DNA of 25,474 nucleotides from the IMG/VR virus record IMGVR_UViG_3300048861_000089, positions 1-25,474 of that record. One strand, 5' to 3'. The stretch is from a virus. Taxonomy: Duplodnaviria > Caudoviricetes. The position numbers and the translations under genes were made by a program. Of the stretch, positions 7,420 to 14,154 are shown in pieces; the first letter of the stretch is position 1; every line of letters begins with the position of its first letter. The notes beneath the pieces are model-generated. The model had not been told where the DNA came from. It worked only from the letters and a program-made list of their open reading frames with translations, and ran no database searches.

Positions 7420-7692
7420 ATGAAGATCCTCACTGACGCCGAGCTGCTGACCAAGATTGAGGAGTTCCTCAAGCGTACCAGCATGCCGCAGACCCGGTTC
7501 GGCCGTGACGCCGTCGGCGAAGCCTCGTTGCTCGATCGCCTGCGGGGCGGCCGGTCGCTGTCCCTTCGCATGGCGAACAAGGTCGTGGCGTTCATGAACG
7601 ATCATGACGCCGCTTCTACGCAGTCGCAGCATGACAGCGCAGATAGAAAAACTGACGATCGTTCTACCCCCGAGACGAGTGCGGGCGCATGA
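7420..7692 (+). CDS. Cro-like transcriptional regulator
   Basis: Divergent from the repressor; LLTKIEEFLKRTSMPQTRFGRDAVGEASLLDRLRGGRSLSL resembles alphaproteobacterial phage Cro-like HTH proteins. Confidence 0.85.
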   Translation: MKILTDAELLTKIEEFLKRTSMPQTRFGRDAVGEASLLDRLRGGRSLSLRMANKVVAFMNDHDAASTQSQHDSADRKTDDRSTPETSAGA

Positions 7693-8168
7693 GCGAGCCG
7701 ATCCTCTCGCAGGCCGAGCGTGGCATCAAGCTCGCAGATCGTGATCTCATCGCGGCAGCTGGCGGCATTGCGGCGGTCGCGGCCCACTTCAACGTAAGCA
7801 CCGGGCTGGTTGGTCAGTGGAATAACCTCAACGACCTCAAATTCATGTCGGCGGCGCGTCGGCAGGAGCTAGAGGACATCACGCGGGACGTGCCGGGGCA
7901 TCCTGTGTTCACGCGCGCCCAGGCCAAGCGGCAGGGCTATGCGCTGGTCAAGTTGCCGAGCGTCGACATTCCTGCCGGGTCCAGTCTGCATGATCTGCTT
8001 GGCGACAGCATCCGCGATGCGGGTGCGCTCCATGGCAGCGTCGTCGAGGCGTGGCGAGATCAGAAGATAGAGCCGCACGAGGTCGACCGCGTGCGGCGGG
8101 ACGCAATCGCAGCGGCGGAGGCGCACCTTCGTCTCGCTGCCATTCTCGAACAGATGGTGGAGGCTTGA
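7689..8168 (+). CDS. CII-like phage regulatory protein
   Basis: Position after cro; N-terminal HTH (GGIAAVAAHFNVSTGLVGQW) and helical C-terminus. Confidence 0.65.
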   Translation: MSEPILSQAERGIKLADRDLIAAAGGIAAVAAHFNVSTGLVGQWNNLNDLKFMSAARRQELEDITRDVPGHPVFTRAQAKRQGYALVKLPSVDIPAGSSLHDLLGDSIRDAGALHGSVVEAWRDQKIEPHEVDRVRRDAIAAAEAHLRLAAILEQMVEA

Positions 8169-8774
8169 ATGGGACTGGCGATGATGCTGGCCGGCGCGCG
8201 GATGATGCGCGCCACGGAATACGACCTGATCGCAGAGCTTTGGGGACAGCGCGGGATCTTGCCCGCTCCAGCGTGTAACGCAGGTCAGTTCGCATTGGCC
8301 CGCTGGATGCTCGGCGAAGGGTGCGACGGAGACACGATGATCAGCTGTCTGCCGGTCGATCGGTCGGAGGACTTTATCACGCGGCTGCTGACAGCCGAGG
8401 TTACGCCGGGGGATGCTGCGGCTGAATATCTGGCGCGCATCAGTCAGGGGCTGGTGGCTCCCGAGATGTGGGCGCAGCCCCACAGTATTCCGGATGCTCC
8501 AGCCCAAGATATTGAGATGATTGAACGTTGCCCAGAGGAAATCTCGAACCCAGAGGGCGCGACTGAAGTCGGTGTCGAGATCATGCCAGAAAACGATGAA
8601 GTTATTCTGCAGTGTGATTATTGGACCGTTTTCTTAAAAACTAGCGAGGCTGTTGGGTTGCATTCTCGGCTAGGCACCGCCCTATCTTACGTTGGGGGGG
8701 GGGCAAGGCCGGTGACCGACCATTACCCATTCCGTAGCCATCGCACCTGCGCCGAGTGGAGTGATCCCGCATGA
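8169..8774 (+). CDS. Hypothetical protein
   Basis: Abuts the upstream stop and overlaps the downstream start (ATGA); 3' half has lower GC and a G10 tract. Confidence 0.7.
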   Translation: MGLAMMLAGARMMRATEYDLIAELWGQRGILPAPACNAGQFALARWMLGEGCDGDTMISCLPVDRSEDFITRLLTAEVTPGDAAAEYLARISQGLVAPEMWAQPHSIPDAPAQDIEMIERCPEEISNPEGATEVGVEIMPENDEVILQCDYWTVFLKTSEAVGLHSRLGTALSYVGGGARPVTDHYPFRSHRTCAEWSDPA

Positions 8775-9259
8775 TCGCGCAGGATATGCCCGCGATCTTC
8801 GACCTGCGGGCAATTCGCCGCTGGGTCGGCAAGGCAAAGGCCGGAGAACGCATCATCTATGGGCGTGAGAGCCTGGACAAGGCCGTAGCGACCGAAGCGC
8901 GCACGCTGCTGGAGACCGGTGCCGTCGCGCTCAATTTTCGCAAGGGGCAGGTCGGCGAATATATCATGACCCGGCGCGAAGGTGAGCCGACGGCCGATGT
9001 CGCCCCTGCTTCCCTGATCGAAGATGTCGACGATGCGCTCGCGCGCGTCATGAAGCACCTGCGTCGCGCTGCGAACTTCGAACGCGCGTGCCCGAGCAAT
9101 GTCGAGCTCGCGCGGCTCTGCGGTCTGAAGGACGCCGACGCGGCTGCATATCTCGTCCGTAAAGCCGTCTCCTACAGCCTGATCCGCGTCGAGGACCGCC
9201 GCCCGAAGCGCCGCGTGGTTCAGATCGTCGCGACCGGCCGTCGTACGCTGGAGGATTGA
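8771..9259 (+). CDS. Protein with C-terminal LexA-like winged-helix domain
   Basis: CPSNVELARLCG...LIRVE...RRVVQIVATG. Confidence 0.75.
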   Translation: MIAQDMPAIFDLRAIRRWVGKAKAGERIIYGRESLDKAVATEARTLLETGAVALNFRKGQVGEYIMTRREGEPTADVAPASLIEDVDDALARVMKHLRRAANFERACPSNVELARLCGLKDADAAAYLVRKAVSYSLIRVEDRRPKRRVVQIVATGRRTLED

Positions 9260-9260
9260 G

Positions 9261-10364
9261 ATGGAAGCGTCATTCGATCACGACGCCGCCATTGGCGTCT
9301 GCCGCACGGTCGGCTCGGTCATCCCGAGCAAGGCCACGATCCCCGTAATCAGCAACCTGCTTATCCGTATCGCCGATGGGCGCATGGCTGTAATGGGCAC
9401 CGATCTCGACATCTATTGCGAGGTCGGATGCGCGGGCGACGGCACGCTTGCCACAACCGTATCATCGGCCGCGTTCTCGGCAGCGCTGGATGGTCTCCGG
9501 CCCGGCCGTGTCGTTGCGAAGCTGGACGGCAATAGGCTCATTCTCACGCAAGGCCGAGCCCGCCGCAGCCTGCCGACGATCCGCGTCGAAGACTTTCCGG
9601 TCATGCTCGTGCCCGAGGAAGAGGCCTCGCTGACAATCGATGCCGGAGCGTTCACGCGGATGCTGGCGAGCGTGGCCCATGCGCAGGAAACCAACCAGTC
9701 GCGCTATACTCTGTGCGGCGTATTCCTCGGCCTGCGATCAGGACGGCTCGTGACGGTCGCGACCAATGGGCACGTCATGTCCCGTTGCGCTCTCGATGCC
9801 GCCAAGGCGCCCGAGATACCGGACAGCATCATGTCCACCAAGACGGTGACCCAGCTGCGCAAGCTGCTTCCTAGCGCAAGCGAGCCAATCCGCATCGCAT
9901 TCGGCGACCGCAAGATGATGGTGACGATCGGCGAGTCCCGGCTCGTGGCGAAGCTGATCGAGGGCACATATCCCGACGTCGAGCGGATCATCCCTGAACC
10001 TCGCGGCAATCTGCTGAAGATGATCAGCGGCGAGATGATTAGGGCGATCGACGCGGTGGCCTCATCGGCGGCCGTCGATGGCAAGTCGCGCGGCGTGCGC
10101 TTCGAACTCGGTGCGGGCGAGGCGTTGCAGCTGTCGGCCCGCGACATCGGCATTGGCACCGAGGCGATGGAGCCGCTCGACGGCGAATATGCCGGCGAAG
10201 CCCAGCACGTCGGAATGAACAGTCTCTACGGCAAGCAAATGGCGCAGGTGTTCAAGGAAAGCAGCGTGCTGTCGCTCGATTTCGGCGACCACGAAGGCAA
10301 GATCCTCGTCACCTCCGAAGCCGAACCGGACATCAGCGGCATCATCATGCCGATGCGAGCATGA
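9261..10364 (+). CDS. dnaN: DNA polymerase III beta sliding-clamp homologue (phage-encoded)
   Basis: 367 aa; TIPVISNLLI, GTDLDI, EDFP, RYTLCGVFL, VATNGH, KLIEGTYPDVERIIP and C-terminal IMPMR all match the DnaN pattern. Confidence 0.93.
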   Translation: MEASFDHDAAIGVCRTVGSVIPSKATIPVISNLLIRIADGRMAVMGTDLDIYCEVGCAGDGTLATTVSSAAFSAALDGLRPGRVVAKLDGNRLILTQGRARRSLPTIRVEDFPVMLVPEEEASLTIDAGAFTRMLASVAHAQETNQSRYTLCGVFLGLRSGRLVTVATNGHVMSRCALDAAKAPEIPDSIMSTKTVTQLRKLLPSASEPIRIAFGDRKMMVTIGESRLVAKLIEGTYPDVERIIPEPRGNLLKMISGEMIRAIDAVASSAAVDGKSRGVRFELGAGEALQLSARDIGIGTEAMEPLDGEYAGEAQHVGMNSLYGKQMAQVFKESSVLSLDFGDHEGKILVTSEAEPDISGIIMPMRA

Positions 10365-10375
10365 GGGAGGAAGAT

Positions 10376-10624
10376 ATGGGATCGTCACCGAAGAAGATCA
10401 CCTGCGCGAAATGCGGGCACGAAGATCACGTAGACATGCGCGTCATTCTCGATTGTCCGACTTCGGCGCTCGATCGGCGTGACATCATCGCACTCGCCCA
10501 GACGGTGCAAGACACTGGATCCGTCGTGGCCGAGCAGGCTCTCGACCGCGTTTTTGTGGACGAGCCCACGATATCCGAATGGATCGCGCAGGCGCGTTGC
10601 GCAGTGCTGCGGGTGTCGGCGTGA
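10376..10624 (+). CDS. Small hypothetical protein with CxxC motif
   Basis: GGAGG SD before ATG 10376 (alternative start 10361); ITCAKCGH; stop overlaps the helicase GTG. Confidence 0.7.
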   Translation: MGSSPKKITCAKCGHEDHVDMRVILDCPTSALDRRDIIALAQTVQDTGSVVAEQALDRVFVDEPTISEWIAQARCAVLRVSA

Positions 10625-12015
10625 AGCACGATTATGCCAGCTTCCTCGCCGCCAAGGCGTCGCTCGATCCTATGACGGGCATCGCCGATCCGTCGGGATT
10701 ACCCGGTGCTCTGGCGCACTTCCAGGCGGCGATCGTGCCATGGGGACTTCGTCGCGGGCGTGCGGCGATCTTCGCCGGCACCGGTCTCGGAAAGACGCTG
10801 ATGGAGATCGCGTGGGCGGATGCCGTCGCGCGCTTCACGAACCGTCCTGTCCTGATCCTGACGCCGCTGGCGGTCGCCATGCAGTTCGTCAGCGAGGGCG
10901 AGAAGTTCGATATCGGCGTGCGGCGTGCCAGTTTCCACAACGATCTGCGCGGGCCGGGCGTTTACGTCACCAATTATGACAAGCTCGACCGGTTCGACAT
11001 GGATGCATTCTCCGGCATCGTGCTCGACGAAAGCTCGATCCTCAAGGCGTTCGACGGGCGCACGCGCAACGCGCTGATCGCCAAGGCGCGGACCATGCCG
11101 TTCCGCCTGGCGGCATCGGCCACGCCCGCCCCGAACGACTATATGGAGCTTGGCAACCATGCCGAGTTCCTCGGCGTGATGAGCCATGCCGAGATGCTGG
11201 CGACGTTCTTCATCCATGATGGTGGCGACACGTCGAAATGGCGACTCAAGCGGCACGCGGAGCGTGACTTCTGGCGATGGGTGGCAAGTTGGGCGGTCAT
11301 GCTCACTTCGCCGGCCGACCTCGGCTTTCCCGACGACGGCTATATCCTCCCGCCGCTCAACACCCATCAGGTGATGGTCGATGACGAGATTGCCCCGTCG
11401 ATCGAGACCGGCTTCCTGTTCCCGATGGAGGCGCGGACAATGTCCGAACGCCTCGCCGCGCGCCGGGTATCGATCGGCCCGCGCGTCGAAGCCGGAGCGC
11501 AGCGCATCGCAGATCACGATCGGCCGTGCGTCGCCTGGTGCAACCTCAATGACGAGAGCGAGCGGATGGCGGCTGCCATTCCCGGCGCTGTTGAGGTGCG
11601 CGGCAGCGACAAGGAAGGCCGCAAGGAAGAAGTGCTCGGGGCTTTCGCATCGGGCCAGCTGCGCGTGCTCGTGACGAAGCCATCGATCTGCGGCTTCGGG
11701 ATGAACTGGCAGCATTGCCACGATACCGTGTTCGTCGGACTCAATGACAGCTTCGAGCAGCTCTATCAGGCCATCCGTCGCTTCTGGCGCTTCGGCCAGC
11801 AGCATCCCGTCGATGCCCACCTGATCGCCGCGCGTGCCGAGGGCGCTGTCGTTGCGAACCTGCGTCGCAAGGAGGCGGACGCGGCGGTGATGATGGCCGC
11901 GATGGTCGAGGCGATGGCTGACTTTTCCGCAATCCACGCGCGCCCGATCACACGGGACCGTGCCCCGTATCAGCCGCGCGATGTTGCGGTGCCTAGTTTT
12001 CTGGAGGCAGCATGA
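10621..12015 (+). CDS. SF2/SNF2-like helicase (phage type)
   Basis: Walker A GTGLGKT, motif II variant LDESS, motif III SATP, GFGMNWQ, motif VI QAIRRFWRFGQ; GTGA-coupled start. Confidence 0.93.
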   Translation: MKHDYASFLAAKASLDPMTGIADPSGLPGALAHFQAAIVPWGLRRGRAAIFAGTGLGKTLMEIAWADAVARFTNRPVLILTPLAVAMQFVSEGEKFDIGVRRASFHNDLRGPGVYVTNYDKLDRFDMDAFSGIVLDESSILKAFDGRTRNALIAKARTMPFRLAASATPAPNDYMELGNHAEFLGVMSHAEMLATFFIHDGGDTSKWRLKRHAERDFWRWVASWAVMLTSPADLGFPDDGYILPPLNTHQVMVDDEIAPSIETGFLFPMEARTMSERLAARRVSIGPRVEAGAQRIADHDRPCVAWCNLNDESERMAAAIPGAVEVRGSDKEGRKEEVLGAFASGQLRVLVTKPSICGFGMNWQHCHDTVFVGLNDSFEQLYQAIRRFWRFGQQHPVDAHLIAARAEGAVVANLRRKEADAAVMMAAMVEAMADFSAIHARPITRDRAPYQPRDVAVPSFLEAA

Positions 12016-12188
12016 CGTCCGAGCAACGCGCGCGGCGCTGCACAGAAATCGCCGATCAGGTAGTGCCTGCCTATCGATACGGCAAGCGTAGCTACAGTTG
12101 CTCCAGTTGGACCGCGAAGCGCTGGCAGGCGGCGTGGGATGCGGCGTGTCTAGCCCACGGCGTGGATCTATCGGAAGGACGGTCATGA
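12012..12188 (+). CDS. Small hypothetical protein (58 aa), absent from the ORF track
   Basis: MTSEQRARRCTEIADQVVPAYRYGKRSYSCSSWTAKRWQAAWDAACLAHGVDLSEGRS; ATGA overlaps at both ends. Confidence 0.7.
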   Translation: MTSEQRARRCTEIADQVVPAYRYGKRSYSCSSWTAKRWQAAWDAACLAHGVDLSEGRS

Positions 12189-13159
12189 TCGACGCGCTCG
12201 ATTTCGTCGAAGGCCCATCGTGGGCGATCTACAACGGCGACTGCATCGAAGTGATGCGGCAGCTTCCTGCCGATAGTGTCGGCTATTCAGTATTCTCTCC
12301 CCCGTTCGCCTCGCTCTATACCTATTCGAACAGCGACCGCGATCTTGGGAATTGCAAAACGGACGCCGAGTTCTTCGAGCATTTCGACTTCGTTCTGTAC
12401 GAACTTCACCGACTGCTCAAGCCGGGTCGGCTGGTGTCGATGCACTGCATGGACATGCCGCGATCTAAAGCGCGTAACGGCGTGATCGGCGCCTGGGACT
12501 TTCCCGGCGACCTGATCCGCGCAGCCGAAAAGCAGGGCTTCATCTTCCATTCGCGGGTCTGCATCTGGAAGGACCCGGTGACCGCCATGCAGCGCACGAA
12601 GGCGCTTGGTCTGCTGCACAAGCAGGTCAAGAAGGACAGCGCGATGAGCCGGCAGGGGTTTGCCGACTATGTCGTTACCCTGCGCAAGGGCGGCGCCAAC
12701 CCAGACCCGATCGCGGGACCGTTTACCGCCTATCACGGTGACGATGTAGCCGGCGTCGAGCGCGGCGTCGCAGAGACGCTGGCATCGCCCGGTTCGCGCA
12801 TGAGCGAGGAGGATGCCCGCTCCGTCGCCGTCTGGCAGCGATACGCGTCGCCCGTGTGGGCCGACATCGATCCCGGCGATACGCTTCAGTATCGCGGGGC
12901 GCGGGACGGTGCCGACGAGCGCCATATTGCGCCCCTGCAGCTGGGCGTCATCCGTCGTTGCATCGATCTGTGGAGTAAGCCCGGCGATATCGTGCTCAGC
13001 CCGTTTGCCGGCATTTCCAGCGAGGTGTTCGTGGCGGCGGAGATGGGCCGCAGTGGGCTCGGCGTCGAACTGAAGCCGAGCTATTTCGCCCAGGCGGTTC
13101 GCAACCTCCAGTCGCTCGACAATCGGCCGTCCGACATGTTCGCGGAGGATGCCGCGTGA
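12185..13159 (+). CDS. DNA amino-methyltransferase (N4-C/N6-A, beta class)
   Basis: NGDC, motif IV SPPF near the N-terminus, HIAPLQL, motif I SPFAGISS and GVELK near the C-terminus. Confidence 0.92.
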   Translation: MIDALDFVEGPSWAIYNGDCIEVMRQLPADSVGYSVFSPPFASLYTYSNSDRDLGNCKTDAEFFEHFDFVLYELHRLLKPGRLVSMHCMDMPRSKARNGVIGAWDFPGDLIRAAEKQGFIFHSRVCIWKDPVTAMQRTKALGLLHKQVKKDSAMSRQGFADYVVTLRKGGANPDPIAGPFTAYHGDDVAGVERGVAETLASPGSRMSEEDARSVAVWQRYASPVWADIDPGDTLQYRGARDGADERHIAPLQLGVIRRCIDLWSKPGDIVLSPFAGISSEVFVAAEMGRSGLGVELKPSYFAQAVRNLQSLDNRPSDMFAEDAA

Positions 13160-13632
13160 GTTTCTCCATGCCGGTCATGACCAAGATGATGAAATGGCTG
13201 GAGCGGTGCGCAGAGGCCGAGGATCCTTGCCCAAAGAATGCCGAGATCGCGGCTGAGTTCGACTTCGAGAGTGTGTCGTCGTCTGTCTCGCTGCTTGCTG
13301 GTCTTCAGCGTGATGGGTTGATCGTGATCGAGCGCTTCCAGAATGCGCGACGGGTCACGATCGTATCGAGCGGTCTCAAGACGTCGCTGCCGCATACGGT
13401 CCAGCCGCACTGGCGCGACCTGCCGCAGCATGCGGTCCCGCGCGAGCCGGAGATGGAAAAGGGCGCACCCTATCTCGCTCCGTACATCGTCAGGCGCGAG
13501 CTTTCCGGCATCGCGGGAGAGATCGCCGTCGAGGCCGATCGGCGGGGCCAGTCGATGGGAACATTTCTCAGTGAGTTGGTCGCGATCGGTTGGCGCCGGT
13601 TTGTGGAATTAAAGGTGGAGAGGCAGCTATGA
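13156..13632 (+). CDS. Protein with N-terminal LexA-like winged-helix domain
   Basis: CPKNAEIAAEFDF...LQRDGLIVIER...RRVTIVSSG; coupled at both ends. Confidence 0.78.
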   Translation: MSFSMPVMTKMMKWLERCAEAEDPCPKNAEIAAEFDFESVSSSVSLLAGLQRDGLIVIERFQNARRVTIVSSGLKTSLPHTVQPHWRDLPQHAVPREPEMEKGAPYLAPYIVRRELSGIAGEIAVEADRRGQSMGTFLSELVAIGWRRFVELKVERQL

Positions 13633-14096
13633 GCGGCAGTTTGAACAGGGCGACGATCATCGGACATCTCGGTAACGATCCCGAGAGCCGATCGCTCAAC
13701 AACGGCGGCAAGGTCGTTTCCATGTCGATCGCAACGAGCGAACAGTGGAAAGACAAGGGCAGCGGAGAAAAGCGCGAGCGCACCGAATGGCATCGCGTCG
13801 TGATCTTCAACGAGCAGCTGGGAGAGGTCGCCGCGAAATACCTCAAGAAGGGATCGAAGGCGCTGATCGAGGGGCAAATCCAGACCCGCAAGTGGCAGGA
13901 CAATGCCGGCGTCGATCGCTATTCAACCGAGATCGTGCTGCAGGGTTTCGACGCCAAGCTGGTGTTGCTCGATCGCGTGCAGTCCGATCCCGGACGCCAC
14001 GACTATAGCAGCCACGCCCGCGACGGCTTTGGGGGCGGAACAGGCGGCGCATCGTCCGGCGCCCATTCGGATCTCGATGATGACGTGCCCTTCTAG
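13629..14096 (+). CDS. ssb: Single-stranded DNA-binding protein
   Basis: SLNRATIIGHLGNDPE, ERTEWHRVVIF, YLKKGSK, TRKWQD, Gly-rich linker and DDDVPF tail; ATG 13629. Confidence 0.97.
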   Translation: MSGSLNRATIIGHLGNDPESRSLNNGGKVVSMSIATSEQWKDKGSGEKRERTEWHRVVIFNEQLGEVAAKYLKKGSKALIEGQIQTRKWQDNAGVDRYSTEIVLQGFDAKLVLLDRVQSDPGRHDYSSHARDGFGGGTGGASSGAHSDLDDDVPF

Positions 14097-14154
14097 AGGC
14101 TGACATCGCCGGCCCGCGCGGGTCGTCTTTCCCTTTCGCTGAAAGTTTCGCCCG

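Noticed and set aside
10699-12186. 495-aa minus-strand ORF
   Set aside because: Antisense shadow of the helicase
10621-13159. Helicase plus MTase as a type III R-M, DISARM or BREX defence system
   Set aside because: No nuclease domain or accessory defence genes; lies in the repressor-controlled early lytic operon
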